The position numbers were made by a program, and so were the translations under genes. 64,000 bases of DNA from Chromatiales bacterium (GTDB lineage Bacteria > Pseudomonadota > Gammaproteobacteria > Ectothiorhodospirales > Ectothiorhodospiraceae): NCBI GenBank assembly GCA_028695255.1, contig JAQVJI010000001.1:4840-68839 (forward strand). Direction: 5' to 3'. Positions 1-11,102 of the stretch are shown here, piece by piece. The notes under the pieces are model-generated. The model was not told the DNA's origin, ran no database searches, and worked only from the letters and a program-made list of their open reading frames with translations. Position 1 is the first letter of the stretch, and the number at the start of each line of letters is the position of its first letter.

Positions 1-92
1 AGGCGCCCAGGCCGCATCAATTCGGCAATGCGCGCAAGACGATTGCGCGCATCAAGACCATCCTCAACGAGCGTTCGGCGGCGGGTGAGTAA
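1..92 (+). CDS. rpmC: 50S ribosomal protein L29, 3' fragment (5' end outside window)
   Basis: The frame ending at TAA 90-92 reads ...[25 protein letters not shown]. This resembles the L29 C-terminus (E. coli ...RRDVARVKTLLNEKAGA). It lies directly upstream of rpsQ, as in S10 operons. Confidence 0.8.
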   Translation, partial: APRPHQFGNARKTIARIKTILNERSAAGE

Positions 93-96
93 GACC

Positions 97-360
97 ATGA
101 GTGTGGAAAACAAGATCGAGCGGACCATCATTGGTCGAGTAGTCAGCGACAAGATGGATAAGACCCGTACCGTGCTTATCGAGCGCAAGGTGCGGCACCC
201 GTTGTATGGAAAGTACATTCGCCGTTCCACCAAGTTGCACGTGCACGACGAAAACAACGAGACCCGCGAAGGGGATACCGTGATGGTCAAGGAATGCCGT
301 CCGTTGTCAAAGACCAAGACGTGGATGCTGGTAAAAGTGGTTGAGCGCGGCGCGAGCTGA
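97..360 (+). CDS. rpsQ: 30S ribosomal protein S17
   Basis: ATG at 97 inside track ORF 28..360. [40 protein letters not shown]... is a typical S17. Canonical position before rplN. Confidence 0.95.
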   Translation: MSVENKIERTIIGRVVSDKMDKTRTVLIERKVRHPLYGKYIRRSTKLHVHDENNETREGDTVMVKECRPLSKTKTWMLVKVVERGAS

Positions 361-400
361 TCCGCTTCCCACAGGTTAGAACGAGACACGGAAACAAGCC

Positions 401-769
401 ATGATTCAGATGCAGACCATTCTCGATGCGGCGGACAACAGCGGTGCGCGCAAGATCCAGTGCATCAAGGTGTTGGGCGGCTCCCATCGCCGTTACGCCG
501 GCGTCGGCGACATCATCAAGGTGAGCGTCAAAGAGGCGATTCCGCGTGGCAAGGTGAAGAAGGGTGAGGTCTACAACGCGGTGGTCGTTCGGACCGCGAA
601 GGGCGTGCGGAGAGCCGATGGTTCTGTCGTTCGCTTCGATCGTAATGCGGCGGTATTGTTGAACAATCAGTTGCAACCGATCGGGACCCGTATCTTCGGT
701 CCGGTGACCCGTGAGCTCAGAGGCGAGAGATTCATGAAGATCATCTCGCTGGCTCCTGAAGTGCTGTGA
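401..769 (+). CDS. rplN: 50S ribosomal protein L14
   Basis: [33 protein letters not shown]... is near-identical in pattern to bacterial L14. spc operon order. Confidence 0.97.
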   Translation: MIQMQTILDAADNSGARKIQCIKVLGGSHRRYAGVGDIIKVSVKEAIPRGKVKKGEVYNAVVVRTAKGVRRADGSVVRFDRNAAVLLNNQLQPIGTRIFGPVTRELRGERFMKIISLAPEVL

Positions 770-788
770 GTATCGAGGTGAGTTGAAG

Positions 789-1106
789 ATGCAACGGATC
801 AAGAAGGGTGACGACGTGATCGTCATCGCCGGAAAAGACAAGGGCCGCCGCGGTAGCGTGGTGAGGGTGATGGCGGGAAACAAGTTCGTCGTTTCCAATG
901 TCAACGTCGTCAAGAAGCACCAGAAGCCCAATCCGCAGGCGGGTGTCGCGGGCGGCATTATCGACAAGGAGATGCCAATCGACGGTTCGAACATCATGTT
1001 GTTCAACGTCGCGACGGGGAAGGGTGACCGGGTTGGTATCCGGACGCTGGAGGACGGCCGCAAGGTTCGTTATTTCAAGTCGAACAACGAAGTTGTCGAC
1101 GCTTAA
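789..1106 (+). CDS. rplX: 50S ribosomal protein L24
   Basis: [24 protein letters not shown]... carries the KOW motif of L24. The track start at 783 is a TTG; ATG 789 is more likely. Confidence 0.93.
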   Translation: MQRIKKGDDVIVIAGKDKGRRGSVVRVMAGNKFVVSNVNVVKKHQKPNPQAGVAGGIIDKEMPIDGSNIMLFNVATGKGDRVGIRTLEDGRKVRYFKSNNEVVDA

Positions 1107-1116
1107 GGTGGCATTC

Positions 1117-1656
1117 ATGGCAAGGCTCAGTGACTACTATCGCGACACAGTGGTGAAGCAGCTCATGGAGCGCTTCGGCTACCAAAGCGTGATGCAGGTT
1201 CCGCGGGTTACCAAGATCACGCTCAACATGGGCGTGGGCGAGGCGGTTGGCGACAAAAAGGTGATCGAGAACGCCGTGGGTGACATGGCTGCGGTCGCCG
1301 GCCAGAAGCCGGTTGTAACCTTGGCGCGGAAATCGATCGCGGGTTTCAAGATTCGTGATGACTACCCGATCGGCTGCAAGGTGACGTTGCGCAGGCAGCG
1401 GATGTACGAGTTTCTGGATCGTCTGGTCAGTATCGCGTTTCCGCGAATTCGTGACTTCCGTGGTTTGAATCCGCGCTCGTTCGACGGTCGCGGCAACTAT
1501 AGCCTGGGCGTCAAGGAGCAGATCATTTTCCCCGAGATCGATTACGACAAGATCGACGCACTCCGGGGCATGGATATTACGATCACCACGAACGCCAAGA
1601 CGGATGCGGAAGCCAAGGCGCTGCTCGAGGCTTTCAACTTTCCGTTCAGGCAGTAA
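1117..1656 (+). CDS. rplE: 50S ribosomal protein L5
   Basis: ATG 1117 within track ORF 898..1656. [43 protein letters not shown]... is a typical L5. Confidence 0.96.
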   Translation: MARLSDYYRDTVVKQLMERFGYQSVMQVPRVTKITLNMGVGEAVGDKKVIENAVGDMAAVAGQKPVVTLARKSIAGFKIRDDYPIGCKVTLRRQRMYEFLDRLVSIAFPRIRDFRGLNPRSFDGRGNYSLGVKEQIIFPEIDYDKIDALRGMDITITTNAKTDAEAKALLEAFNFPFRQ

Positions 1657-1690
1657 CCGGAACAGCATACTGGGGTACTAGGGTAACTGT

Positions 1691-1996
1691 ATGGCAAAGA
1701 CTTCGATGATTGAGCGCGAGAAGCGCCGCGCCAAATCGGTCCAAAAGCATTCGACCAAGCGTGAGGCGCTCAAGAAATTGATCGTCGACGAGACGGTATC
1801 GTTCGAGCAGCGGATGGAGGCCGTCGTCAAGCTGCAAAAGTTGCCCAGGGATTCCAGTGTCATCCGGCAGCGTAACCGCTGCAAGATTACCGGGCGTACC
1901 CATGGTTATTACCGGAAGTTTGGACTGTGCCGCAACAAGTTGCGGGAAGCCGCGATGCGTGGCGATGTGCCTGGTCTCGTGAAGGCCAGTTGGTAA
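1691..1996 (+). CDS. rpsN: 30S ribosomal protein S14
   Basis: 101 aa, [13 protein letters not shown]...[41 protein letters not shown], the long non-zinc S14 type. Confidence 0.96.
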   Translation: MAKTSMIEREKRRAKSVQKHSTKREALKKLIVDETVSFEQRMEAVVKLQKLPRDSSVIRQRNRCKITGRTHGYYRKFGLCRNKLREAAMRGDVPGLVKASW

Positions 1997-2010
1997 CGAG
2001 GACTCACGCT

Positions 2011-2406
2011 ATGAGCATGACTGATCCCATCGCGGACATGTTGACCCGGATTCGTAACGCCCAAGGCGCACGAAAGGCCGACGTTTCGATGCCGTCTTCG
2101 AAGCTGAAAGAAGCGGTTTGTGCAGTACTTAAAGATGAAGGCTACGTGGCGGATTACCACGTGCAGAGTGAGAGTGGCAAGCCAGTACTCACCGTGGCAT
2201 TGAAATATTTCGAGGGCAAGCCGGTCATCGAGCAGCTGCGTCGGGTCAGTCGACCTGGTCTGCGTATCTATCGCGGACAGGACGAACTGCCGAAGGTGTT
2301 GGGCGGCCTGGGTGTTGCGATCGTGTCGACATCGAAGGGTGTGATGAGCGATCGGGCAGCGCGCGCTTCCGGTCAGGGCGGCGAAGTCCTCTGTGTGGTT
2401 GCGTAA
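2011..2406 (+). CDS. rpsH: 30S ribosomal protein S8
   Basis: ATG 2011 within track ORF 1927..2406. [18 protein letters not shown]... is the S8 signature N-terminus. Confidence 0.96.
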   Translation: MSMTDPIADMLTRIRNAQGARKADVSMPSSKLKEAVCAVLKDEGYVADYHVQSESGKPVLTVALKYFEGKPVIEQLRRVSRPGLRIYRGQDELPKVLGGLGVAIVSTSKGVMSDRAARASGQGGEVLCVVA

Positions 2407-2418
2407 GGGGTTGTCGGC

Positions 2419-2955
2419 ATGTCGAGAGTAGCCAAAAAACCGATTGAATTGCCCAAGGGCGTGGATGTCCAGATCGCCGGTGGCCTGATTAGCGTCAAGG
2501 GCCCCAAGGGCTCGATGCAACGCGACATTCACCGTGACGTTGCGGTGTCTCAGGATGGGGCAACCCTGGTGGTTTCTCCGGCCGAAGGTGTCGGCGAGTC
2601 TGCTTGGTGCATCGCGGGTACGACGCGTGCGCTGGTGAACAACATGGTGGTTGGTGTGACCAGCGGCTTCGAGCGCAAACTCGAGCTGGTTGGCGTCGGC
2701 TACCGTGCTCAAGCGCAGGGTGCAAAGCTCAATCTCAGCCTCGGATTTTCACATCCGATCGAGTATGCCGTGCCGGCCGGCATCACCATCGAGACGCCGA
2801 GTCAGACCGAGATTCTGGTCAAGGGTGTCGATAAGCAGGTCGTCGGTCAGGTGGCGTCAGAGATTCGTGCTTTCAGGCCGCCCGAGCCCTATAAGGGCAA
2901 GGGCGTCAAATATGCGAATGAGCAGATCATTCGCAAGGAAGCCAAGAAGAAGTAA
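2419..2955 (+). CDS. rplF: 50S ribosomal protein L6
   Basis: [31 protein letters not shown]...; L6 pattern and operon position. Confidence 0.96.
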   Translation: MSRVAKKPIELPKGVDVQIAGGLISVKGPKGSMQRDIHRDVAVSQDGATLVVSPAEGVGESAWCIAGTTRALVNNMVVGVTSGFERKLELVGVGYRAQAQGAKLNLSLGFSHPIEYAVPAGITIETPSQTEILVKGVDKQVVGQVASEIRAFRPPEPYKGKGVKYANEQIIRKEAKKK

Positions 2956-2965
2956 GGTGAGCGAG

Positions 2966-3319
2966 ATGGACAAGAAGAGTGCAAGACTTCGGCGCGCTGC
3001 GCGCGGGCGCTTCCGCATTCGGGAGCAGGGCCAGTTCCGTCTGTGTGTGTATCGCACGCCGCGGCACATTTATGCGCAGATCATCGCTCCTAACGGGGCG
3101 GAGGTCGTTGCGGCTGCATCGACCGTCGAGGCGGACCTCAGGTCTTCGGTGAAGTACACCGGAAACGTGGATGCCGCTGGCGCAGTTGGCAGCTTGATCG
3201 CGGAACGCGCGGCTGCGAAAGGCGTGAAGAAGGTTGCGTTCGATCGCTCGGGTTTTCGCTATCACGGACGCGTGAAAGCCCTCGCGGATGCGGCTCGTGC
3301 CGGCGGTCTGGAATTCTAA
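2966..3319 (+). CDS. rplR: 50S ribosomal protein L18
   Basis: ATG 2966 within track ORF 2690..3319. [18 protein letters not shown]...[26 protein letters not shown] is a typical L18. Confidence 0.96.
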   Translation: MDKKSARLRRAARGRFRIREQGQFRLCVYRTPRHIYAQIIAPNGAEVVAAASTVEADLRSSVKYTGNVDAAGAVGSLIAERAAAKGVKKVAFDRSGFRYHGRVKALADAARAGGLEF

Positions 3320-3333
3320 TTTAAGGGTGAACC

Positions 3334-3840
3334 ATGGCGAACGTGGACTTTTCGGACAATAACGACGGCCTTCAGGAAAAGCTGATCACCGTCAACCGAG
3401 TTGCCAAGGTGGTGAAGGGTGGCCGCATTTTCCGTTTCGCCGCGCTGACGGTGGTCGGCGACGGCAACGGCAAGGTCGGTTTCGGGTACGGCAAGGCGCG
3501 TGAAGTGCCGCAGGCCATTCAGAAGGCCATGGAGGCCGCGCGCAGGAACCTGCGCACGGTGGCTCTGAAAGAGGGAACGTTGCAGTATCCGACCAAGGCT
3601 TCTCATGGCGCGGCAAAGGTTTTCATGCAGCCGGCATCGGATGGTACCGGTGTGATCGCCGGTGGCGCGATGCGCGCCGTCCTTGAAGTGGCGGGTGTAA
3701 AGAACGTGCTTGCGAAGTGCATTGGTTCGCGCAACCCGATCAACGTGGTGCGCGCGACCATCAACGGTCTGTCCGCGATCCACGATCCGGTTAGGATCGC
3801 CGCCAAGCGCGGCAAGAAACTTGAAGATATTCTGGGTTGA
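3334..3840 (+). CDS. rpsE: 30S ribosomal protein S5
   Basis: ...[47 protein letters not shown]...; S5 signature. Confidence 0.96.
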   Translation: MANVDFSDNNDGLQEKLITVNRVAKVVKGGRIFRFAALTVVGDGNGKVGFGYGKAREVPQAIQKAMEAARRNLRTVALKEGTLQYPTKASHGAAKVFMQPASDGTGVIAGGAMRAVLEVAGVKNVLAKCIGSRNPINVVRATINGLSAIHDPVRIAAKRGKKLEDILG

Positions 3841-3844
3841 AGCC

Positions 3845-4033
3845 ATGGCGACCGCGAAACAGTTGAAAGTGACGCTCGTGAAGAGCCTGAATGGACGTGT
3901 CAAGCAGCACATCGCTTGCGTCAGGGGGCTGGGTATCCGGCGCATCAATCAGTCGGTGAGCGTGGTGGATACGCCGGAGAACCGGGGCATGATCAACAGG
4001 GTCTCCTACCTCCTGAAGGTCGAAGAGGAGTAA
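3845..4033 (+). CDS. rpmD: 50S ribosomal protein L30
   Basis: ATG 3845 within track ORF 3710..4033. [33 protein letters not shown]..., 62 aa, L30 pattern. Confidence 0.94.
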   Translation: MATAKQLKVTLVKSLNGRVKQHIACVRGLGIRRINQSVSVVDTPENRGMINRVSYLLKVEEE

Positions 4034-4037
4034 TCAG

Positions 4038-4469
4038 ATGCGACTCAATACATTGAAACCCGCGCCGGGAAGTCGTCCGGCCGGCAAGCGGCTCGGGCGG
4101 GGTATCGGTTCGGGTCTCGGCAAGACCGGTGGTCGCGGTCATAAGGGCCAAACCTCGCGCGCTGGTGGTTACCACAAGGTCGGCTTCGAGGGTGGCCAGA
4201 TGCCCATTCAGAGGCGTCTGCCCAAGGTGGGATTCCGCTCCCGCATCGCGCGTGAATCGGCTGAGGTTCGGCTGCACGAGCTGGCGCTGATCGAGGGCGT
4301 CGTGGATCTGGAAGCGCTGAAGGCGGCGGGTGTCATCGCCCAGACCGTAAAGAAGGCCAAGGTTATCGCTTCCGGGGAGATTGCCAAGGCGGTCACCGTG
4401 AAGGGTGTGGCGGTTACCAAGGGCGCGCGGGAAGCCATTGTCGCCGCTGGCGGCAAGATCGAGGAATAA
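4038..4469 (+). CDS. rplO: 50S ribosomal protein L15
   Basis: [38 protein letters not shown]...; L15 signature. Confidence 0.96.
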   Translation: MRLNTLKPAPGSRPAGKRLGRGIGSGLGKTGGRGHKGQTSRAGGYHKVGFEGGQMPIQRRLPKVGFRSRIARESAEVRLHELALIEGVVDLEALKAAGVIAQTVKKAKVIASGEIAKAVTVKGVAVTKGAREAIVAAGGKIEE

Positions 4470-5828
4470 GTGGCAGCCACGGGTGTTTCCCTGCCCGGTG
4501 GGCTGGGGGGGTTGGGTAAGGTCACAGAACTGCGCCAGCGGCTGGTGTTCCTGCTGCTGGCGCTGATCGTTTATCGCATCGGTACGTTCGTGCCGGTTCC
4601 GGGCATCAATCCGGTGGCGATGATGCAGTTCTTCGACCAGCAGAGCGGCACCATCCTGGACATGTTCAACATGTTTTCGGGGGGCGCGTTGGAACGCCTG
4701 TCGATTTTCGCGCTGGGCGTGATGCCTTATATCTCGGCGTCGATCATCATGCAGTTGTTGACAGCGGTCGTTCCATCGCTGGAACAACTCAAGAAGGAAG
4801 GTGAGGCGGGCCGTAGAAAGATCACGCAATACACCCGCTATGGTACGTTGGTGTTGGCGCTGTTCCAGAGTGTAGGCATCGGTATCGCGCTTAACGGGCA
4901 GCAGATTGCTGGTGGTATGACGGTTGCGGTGGCACCGGGAACGGGTTTTATTTTTACGACCGTGGTGACGTTGGTCACAGGAACGATGTTTCTGATGTGG
5001 CTCGGTGAACAGATCACGGAGCGGGGTATCGGAAACGGGATTTCGATCATTATTTTCGCGGGTATCGTGGCGGGTCTGCCAAGTGCCGTTGGCGGCACAC
5101 TGGAATTGGCAAGCACGGGTGAGTTGTCGCCGGGCCTGGTGATTTTGCTGTTGGCACTGGCGTTGTTGGTAACTGCGTTCGTGGTGTTCGTGGAACGCGG
5201 CCAACGGCGGATTACGGTGAATTACGCGAAGCGCCAGGTTGGGCGCAAGGTATATGGTGGCCAGACGAGCCATCTTCCGCTAAAACTCAACATGGCCGGG
5301 GTCATCCCACCGATTTTTGCGTCCAGCATCATCCTGTTTCCGGCGACGCTGGGTCAGTGGTTTGGTCGCACGGAAGGCATGGGCTGGTTGCGCGAGATTT
5401 CGACGACGCTTGCCCCTGGTCAGCCGCTTTATGTCTTGCTGTATGCGGCCGCGATCGTGTTCTTCTGCTTTTTTTATACCGCGCTGGTGTTCAATTCGCG
5501 GGAGACGGCAGAGAACCTCAAAAAGTCGGGCGCCTTCATTCCGGGGGTTCGGCCGGGACAGCAGACGGAACGTTATATTGACGGCGTGATGACGCGGTTG
5601 ACTGCTGTTGGTGCCATTTACATCACTACGGTTTGCCTGCTGCCCGAGTTCCTCATCCTGTACTGGAACGTGCCGTTTTATTTTGGCGGCACTTCGTTGC
5701 TGATCATTGTCGTTGTGGTCATGGACTTCATGGCTCAGGTGCAGGCGCATTTGATGTCCCATCAGTACGAGGGGCTGATGCGCAAGGCGAATCTGAAGGG
5801 TTACGGTAAATCCGGGCTGATGCGCTGA
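4470..5828 (+). CDS. secY: preprotein translocase subunit SecY
   Basis: GTG start abutting the rplO stop. ...[27 protein letters not shown]..., a 452-aa multi-TM protein at the canonical spc operon position. Confidence 0.96.
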   Translation: MAATGVSLPGGLGGLGKVTELRQRLVFLLLALIVYRIGTFVPVPGINPVAMMQFFDQQSGTILDMFNMFSGGALERLSIFALGVMPYISASIIMQLLTAVVPSLEQLKKEGEAGRRKITQYTRYGTLVLALFQSVGIGIALNGQQIAGGMTVAVAPGTGFIFTTVVTLVTGTMFLMWLGEQITERGIGNGISIIIFAGIVAGLPSAVGGTLELASTGELSPGLVILLLALALLVTAFVVFVERGQRRITVNYAKRQVGRKVYGGQTSHLPLKLNMAGVIPPIFASSIILFPATLGQWFGRTEGMGWLREISTTLAPGQPLYVLLYAAAIVFFCFFYTALVFNSRETAENLKKSGAFIPGVRPGQQTERYIDGVMTRLTAVGAIYITTVCLLPEFLILYWNVPFYFGGTSLLIIVVVVMDFMAQVQAHLMSHQYEGLMRKANLKGYGKSGLMR

Positions 5829-5861
5829 GCATCCCCGCATCGGTAGAGGGCAGGAAATACA

Positions 5862-5975
5862 ATGAAGGTTCGAGCGTCCGTGAAGCGGCTGTGCCGCAAT
5901 TGCAAGATTATCCGCCGTAACGGTGTGGTGCGCGTCATTTGCAAGGATCCGCGCCATAAGCAGCGGCAGGGCTGA
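5862..5975 (+). CDS. rpmJ: 50S ribosomal protein L36
   Basis: Not in the ORF track because it is under 60 aa. ATG 5862 to TGA 5973-5975 translates to [37 protein letters not shown], a canonical L36 after secY. Confidence 0.95.
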   Translation: MKVRASVKRLCRNCKIIRRNGVVRVICKDPRHKQRQG

Positions 5976-6082
5976 AGATGTTGAAACTGGCCGGTGGCTC
6001 GGGTAGACTACCCCGCTTTTCCGCCGGTGTTTGGTTGATTTTGGGGCTGGCCTTCGGGCTGGCTTCTCTGGAGATTGCTTGA

Positions 6083-6439
6083 ATGGCTCGTGTTGCAGGC
6101 GTCAATATTCCTGATCACAAACATGCAGTGATCGCCCTGACGGCGATCTACGGCATAGGGCGCACCCGTGCACGCAAGATTTGCGATGCGATCGGCGTGC
6201 CGCCGGAGATGAAAGTCAAGGACCTGACCGACGACCAGGTCGAGAAGCTTCGTGGTGAGGTGGCCCGCTATTCCGTCGAGGGCGACCTGCGGCGTGAGGT
6301 GTCCATGAGCATCAAGCGTCTCATGGATCTCGGCTGCTATCGTGGGCTGCGCCATCGTCGCGGCCTCCCGTTGCGCGGTCAGCGTACCCGTACCAATGCA
6401 CGCACGCGCAAAGGTCCGCGCCGACCGATTCGCAAGTAA
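6083..6439 (+). CDS. rpsM: 30S ribosomal protein S13
   Basis: [30 protein letters not shown]...; S13 signature. Confidence 0.96.
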   Translation: MARVAGVNIPDHKHAVIALTAIYGIGRTRARKICDAIGVPPEMKVKDLTDDQVEKLRGEVARYSVEGDLRREVSMSIKRLMDLGCYRGLRHRRGLPLRGQRTRTNARTRKGPRRPIRK

Positions 6440-6473
6440 TCCAACGATCGAGTTTTGATATCAGGAAGACCGT

Positions 6474-6866
6474 ATGGCCCAGGCTCCCACGCGCAGTACC
6501 CGTAAGAAGATCAAGAAGACCGTCAGTGACGGTGTGGCTCATATCCACGCATCGTTCAACAATACGATCGTCACGATCACCGATCGACAGGGCAACACCT
6601 TGTCCTGGGCGACGGCCGGCGGCTCCGGCTTTCGTGGTTCGCGCAAGAGTACGCCGTTCGCTGCGCAGGTTGCCGCCGAAAAGGCCGGCACGGTCGCGCA
6701 GGAATACGGTGTGAAGACGCTGGAGGTTCTGGTCAAGGGACCGGGGCCCGGACGTGAGTCGGCCGTGCGCGCGCTCAATAACGTCGGCTTCAAGATCACC
6801 AATATCAGTGACGTGACGCCCATTCCCCATAATGGCTGCCGTCCGCCCAAGAAGCGTCGCGTGTAA
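6474..6866 (+). CDS. rpsK: 30S ribosomal protein S11
   Basis: ...[46 protein letters not shown]...; S11 signature. Confidence 0.96.
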   Translation: MAQAPTRSTRKKIKKTVSDGVAHIHASFNNTIVTITDRQGNTLSWATAGGSGFRGSRKSTPFAAQVAAEKAGTVAQEYGVKTLEVLVKGPGPGRESAVRALNNVGFKITNISDVTPIPHNGCRPPKKRRV

Positions 6867-6881
6867 GAGCGGAGAATTCAG

Positions 6882-7502
6882 ATGGCAAGATATATCGGCC
6901 CGAAGTGCAAATTGAGCCGTCGCGAAGGCACGGATCTGTTCCTCAAGAGCCGCGCGCGTTCGCTTGAGACCAAGTGCAAGCTGGACAAGCCGCCAGGTCA
7001 ACACGGTGATCGTCGCTCCCGTCTGTCGGACTACGGCACACAGCTGCGTGAGAAGCAGAAGCTGCGTCGTATCTACGGTGTGCTGGAACGTCAGTTCCGC
7101 AACTATTACAAAGAGGCGTCGAGGCTCAAGGGGTCGACCGGCGAAAATCTGCTCAAGCTGCTCGAGAGTCGACTCGATAACGTGGTTTACCGTATGGGTT
7201 TTGGCGCCACTCGCGCCGAAGCACGCCAGCTGGTCAGCCACAAGGCGATTCTCGTGAATGGGCGGGCGGTGAATATTCCGTCCTATCAGGTCAGCCCGTC
7301 GGACGTCATTTCCGTGCGCGAGAAGGCCCGCAAGCAGGTTCGCATCCAGGATGCGCTGACCATTGCCGAGCAGTTCGGTTACCCCGCCTGGATCGAAGTC
7401 GATTCGAAGAAGATGGAGGGCGTGTTCAAGAACGTGCCCGAGCGCAGTGACTTGCCGGCAGAGATCAACGAATCGCTGGTGGTCGAGCTCTACTCCAAGT
7501 AA
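6882..7502 (+). CDS. rpsD: 30S ribosomal protein S4
   Basis: [23 protein letters not shown]...; S4 signature, 206 aa. Confidence 0.96.
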   Translation: MARYIGPKCKLSRREGTDLFLKSRARSLETKCKLDKPPGQHGDRRSRLSDYGTQLREKQKLRRIYGVLERQFRNYYKEASRLKGSTGENLLKLLESRLDNVVYRMGFGATRAEARQLVSHKAILVNGRAVNIPSYQVSPSDVISVREKARKQVRIQDALTIAEQFGYPAWIEVDSKKMEGVFKNVPERSDLPAEINESLVVELYSK

Positions 7503-7520
7503 TTCCCTGAGAGGTCATTG

Positions 7521-8528
7521 ATGACGATCAAAGTCGGCGATCTCCTGAAGCCGCGACATATCGATGTCGCTAGCCTCGGGCCCAATCACGCCCGTGTGGT
7601 CCTGGAACCGCTGGAGCGTGGGTTCGGCCACACGCTGGGCAATGCTCTGCGGCGTATCCTTCTGTCGTCGATCCCCGGAGCGGCCGCGATCGAGGCGGAA
7701 ATCGAAGGCGTGCTGCACGAGTACACGACCCTGGAGGGTGTGCAGGAGGACGTCGTTGACATCCTGCTCAACCTCAAGGGCATCGCGGTGCGCATGCACG
7801 GTCGTGAAGAAGCGTCGCTGTCGCTGCGCAAGAAGGGTCCAGGCGTTGTGACGGCCGGCGATATCGCGCTCGACCACGATGTCGAGATCGTCAATCCGGA
7901 CCACGTCATCGCGACGCTCACCAAGGCCGGCGAACTGAACATGACGCTCAAGCTGGCGCGTGGCCGCGGCTATCAGCCGGTAACGGTGCGGCGTGGGCCG
8001 GAATCCGAGGATCGCCCGATCGGTCGTCTGCTGCTCGATGCGAGCTTCAGCCCGATCCGTCGCGTCTCGTACAGCGTCGAGAGTGCGCGCGTCGAACAGC
8101 GTACCGACTTGGATCGTCTGATTATCGAGATCGAGACCAACGGTACGGTGGAACCGGAAGACGCCATTCGGCAGTCGGCGAAGATTCTGCAGAGCCAACT
8201 CGCGGCGTTCGTCGAACTACAGGGTGACGAGCAGGTTGCGCCTGAGGTCAAACAGGTCGACATCGATCCGATCCTGTTGCGTCCGGTGGACGATCTGGAG
8301 CTGACGGTCCGTTCGGCCAACTGCCTCAAGGCCGAGAATATTTACTATATCGGCGATCTGATCCAGCGCACCGAAGTGGAGCTGATGAAGACCCCGAATC
8401 TGGGCAAGAAGTCTCTTACCGAGATCAAGGACGTGCTGGCAACGCACGGCCTGTCGTTGGGTATGCGCCTCGAAAACTGGCCGCCGCCGGGACTCAAGGA
8501 GCGCGACAAGGCCAAGACGGGCACCTGA
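7521..8528 (+). CDS. rpoA: DNA-directed RNA polymerase subunit alpha
   Basis: ...[30 protein letters not shown]... closely resembles E. coli RpoA. The track start 7518 is a TTG; ATG 7521 is preferred. Confidence 0.96.
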   Translation: MTIKVGDLLKPRHIDVASLGPNHARVVLEPLERGFGHTLGNALRRILLSSIPGAAAIEAEIEGVLHEYTTLEGVQEDVVDILLNLKGIAVRMHGREEASLSLRKKGPGVVTAGDIALDHDVEIVNPDHVIATLTKAGELNMTLKLARGRGYQPVTVRRGPESEDRPIGRLLLDASFSPIRRVSYSVESARVEQRTDLDRLIIEIETNGTVEPEDAIRQSAKILQSQLAAFVELQGDEQVAPEVKQVDIDPILLRPVDDLELTVRSANCLKAENIYYIGDLIQRTEVELMKTPNLGKKSLTEIKDVLATHGLSLGMRLENWPPPGLKERDKAKTGT

Positions 8529-8566
8529 AACTCCGACGATCACGGCTTTTTTGAAGGAAGACAACC

Positions 8567-8968
8567 ATGCGTCATCGCAATTCCGGCCGCCAGCTGAGCC
8601 GAAACAGCTCGCATCGCAAGGCCACCTTGCAGAGCCTCGCCGTGTCGCTGCTGCGTCACGAGGCCATCAAGACTACCCTGCCCAAGGCGAAGGAGCTGCG
8701 GCGCGTCGCCGAACCGCTCATTACCTTGGCCAAGGAGGACAGCGTCCACAAGCGTCGTCTCGCCTTCTCGCGCCTGCGCGACAAGGAGATCGTCGGCAAG
8801 CTGTTCAGTGAGCTCGGTCCGCGCTACAAGGCGCGCCCCGGCGGCTATCTGCGCATCCTCAAGTGCGGCTTCCGCGCGGGCGACAATGCACCGATGGCCT
8901 TCGTCGAACTGGTCGATCGTCCGAGCGACGACGGTGACTCGCCGACGGGCGCGGAGTCTGCGGCCTGA
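8567..8968 (+). CDS. rplQ: 50S ribosomal protein L17
   Basis: [46 protein letters not shown]...; L17 signature, last gene of the alpha operon. Confidence 0.96.
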   Translation: MRHRNSGRQLSRNSSHRKATLQSLAVSLLRHEAIKTTLPKAKELRRVAEPLITLAKEDSVHKRRLAFSRLRDKEIVGKLFSELGPRYKARPGGYLRILKCGFRAGDNAPMAFVELVDRPSDDGDSPTGAESAA

Positions 8969-8995
8969 CAGGGTGTGGGCTGACAATCAGATGAA

Positions 8996-9031
8996 CGAAA
9001 ATGGCCGGGTATTCCCGGCCATTTTCGTTTC
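8996..9031 (+). terminator. Rho-independent terminator of the alpha operon
   Basis: CGAAAATGGCCGGG / TATT loop / CCCGGCCATTTTCG gives a perfect 14-bp stem followed by TTTC, 28 nt after the rplQ stop. Confidence 0.85.
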
Positions 9032-9043
9032 TGAGGGTTGTAT

Positions 9044-9772
9044 ATGATCGTGCTGTACACGGATTTCGGACTGGAGGGCCCTTACATCGGACAAATCCAC
9101 GCCGTGCTTGCATGGGTGGCTCCCGGCGTTCCGGTGATCAACCTCATGGCCGACGCGCCGGCCTGCGAGCCGCAACTGGCGGGCTATCTGCTGAATGCCC
9201 TCGTGGATCGCTTTCCGGCAGGCACCACGTTTCTCTGTGTCGTTGACCCCGGCGTCGGCACCGACCGGGTGCCATTGATGGCGCATGCCGATGACCGCTG
9301 GTACGTCGGTCCGGACAACGGACTGCTCAATCCCCTGCTGCTGGCCGCTACCCAGGTCGAGACGTTTCGCATCGACTGGCACCCGCCAGGTTTGTCGGCG
9401 AGCTTTCATGGCCGTGACCTGTTTGCGCCGGTGGCGGCTCGGTTGGCGCGTGGCGAGATGCCGGAAGCCAGCCCTTACGATATACCCGGTCTGAGTCGCG
9501 CCGCGTGGCCGGAGGATCTGGCGCGAATCATCTACGTGGATCATTTCGGGAACGCGATGACGGGCCTGCGTTGCTGCGCGATGCGGCCGACGTCGAGGTT
9601 GCGGATCGCCGGTCGTGAGTTGGCTTGGCGGCGTGTATTCGGCGAGGCGGCGGTCGGCGAGGCATTCTGGTATTGCAATGCCAACGGTCTGGTCGAGATT
9701 GCCGTCAACCGGGGTCGCGCCGATCACTGCCTGGGTATCGGGCTGGGCGATCAGTTGGAAGTCGTCGATTGA
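9044..9772 (+). CDS. SAM hydrolase / SAM-dependent halogenase family protein (DUF62, SAM hydroxide adenosyltransferase-like)
   Basis: Motifs YTDFG, VVDPGVGT, GPDNGLL, FHGRDLFAP and VDHFGN match my recollection of the DUF62 fold family. ATG 9044 follows GAGGG; the track start 9038 is a TTG. Confidence 0.7.
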   Translation: MIVLYTDFGLEGPYIGQIHAVLAWVAPGVPVINLMADAPACEPQLAGYLLNALVDRFPAGTTFLCVVDPGVGTDRVPLMAHADDRWYVGPDNGLLNPLLLAATQVETFRIDWHPPGLSASFHGRDLFAPVAARLARGEMPEASPYDIPGLSRAAWPEDLARIIYVDHFGNAMTGLRCCAMRPTSRLRIAGRELAWRRVFGEAAVGEAFWYCNANGLVEIAVNRGRADHCLGIGLGDQLEVVD

Positions 9773-11034
9773 CCTGAGGGCTCGACCAGCAGCGATTCGA
9801 TCGTCGTCAGCGCGTCCGGCTGTTCCCAGTCGATTGCGCCATGCAGGGCATAGCGCAGACGGCCCCCGCGGTCCACCAGAAAACTGGTCGGATAGACGAA
9901 TACCCGCCATTCCGCGAGCGCCTTGGTCTGCGTGTCGAGCAGTGCGGGAAAGCGCAGCTTCAGGTTGCGCATGAAAGGGTCGACGGCATCGGCATCCTCG
10001 CCGATGTTGACCGCGAGAATGGCGAAACCCCTGTCGGCATAGCGGTCCATCAGGCCTTGCATGGATGGCATTTCATGCACGCATGGCGGGCACCAACTGG
10101 CCCAGAAATTCACCAGCACGACTTGGCCGCGGTAGTCCTCCAGGCGGTGTGCTCGCCCTCCGGTGTCATCGAGCGTGAGCGGTGGATGCCTGGGGTTGTC
10201 CTGCACCGGCATCAGACGCGGGTCGCGGCGCGTAGTTCGGGTCGGTGCTTCCGATCCGACCATGGGTGCGGCGGCACGTCGCGCGTCCTGCGTCGCCAGC
10301 AGACGCAGACCGTTGCGAATGATGTCGGGTAGCTGCTGCGCCAGGGCGTGTTCGCGCTCGAAGGCGTTGATGCGGAAAAAGAAGCGGTCGCGGACCTGCG
10401 GCAGTGTCTGTGCGAATACATGGCTGCCGCCGTTGCGCAGCGCGTGGGTGATGTCACCCAGATGCGGGTATCCCGGCGACAGTGCCGGCTGGATCAGGTA
10501 AATCGGGATGTTGGTCGAGCGGACGATCGGATGCAGGTCGGCGTTGGTGCCTGGCGTGGGCGCCGACAACAACGGATTCGGGCTGATCAGGACGACGCCA
10601 CCGATCGAATCTCGGTTGGGTTGGTGCAACTGCCATTCGCGCAGGCCCTTGAGTGTGGGCACGACCGCCCGGTCATGACTCAGCAGATAAACCGTTTTGC
10701 CGGCCGATGCTGCGGCATCCAGCAGCGTTGCCAGCGCTGGCGCGGGCAGTGCATCGAGGCTGCCCGGCGTGTTCGGCAGATAGAAGCCGGTGAGAGGGTC
10801 GGCGAGCCAAATTTCGATGCCGTTTTCGGCAAGCGCGGCGGCGATGCGTCGATGACCATCGCGCAGGCCGTGCTCGGATGGTAGCCACAACAACAGGCGA
10901 TCGCCTTGCGCGGCGTAGACTTCGACCGGAATCTCGTTGGCGTCGTCGACGCGGATCAGTCGTTCGGTGCCGGTGACGGGCGGAACCAGCAACGCACAGA
11001 TGAATAGCAGGAGCGGACTCAGATATCGATGCAT
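9751..11034 (-). CDS. secreted two-domain protein: N-terminal alpha/beta-hydrolase-like region fused to a TlpA/ResA-type thioredoxin domain
   Basis: Signal-like N-terminus MHRYLSPLLLFICALLVPPVTG. The C-terminal 150 aa carry VLVNFWASWCPPCVHEMP (a WCxxC redox motif) in TlpA-like context. The roughly 260-aa N-terminal part has no motif I can name. Confidence 0.7.
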   Translation of the reverse strand: MHRYLSPLLLFICALLVPPVTGTERLIRVDDANEIPVEVYAAQGDRLLLWLPSEHGLRDGHRRIAAALAENGIEIWLADPLTGFYLPNTPGSLDALPAPALATLLDAAASAGKTVYLLSHDRAVVPTLKGLREWQLHQPNRDSIGGVVLISPNPLLSAPTPGTNADLHPIVRSTNIPIYLIQPALSPGYPHLGDITHALRNGGSHVFAQTLPQVRDRFFFRINAFEREHALAQQLPDIIRNGLRLLATQDARRAAAPMVGSEAPTRTTRRDPRLMPVQDNPRHPPLTLDDTGGRAHRLEDYRGQVVLVNFWASWCPPCVHEMPSMQGLMDRYADRGFAILAVNIGEDADAVDPFMRNLKLRFPALLDTQTKALAEWRVFVYPTSFLVDRGGRLRYALHGAIDWEQPDALTTIESLLVEPSGQSTTSN

Positions 11035-11102
11035 GAGCGAATTGCCGTGGAGGACTGTCGTTGAGGGACCTCAGGCATGCCGCGAGGTTCCCTTGTGGGG
11101 CA

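Noticed and set aside
5976-6082. Possible S4-binding alpha-operon leader pseudoknot between rpmJ and rpsM
   Set aside because: The position is right by analogy with E. coli, but I could not identify a convincing nested pseudoknot by eye, so it is not reported as a feature.
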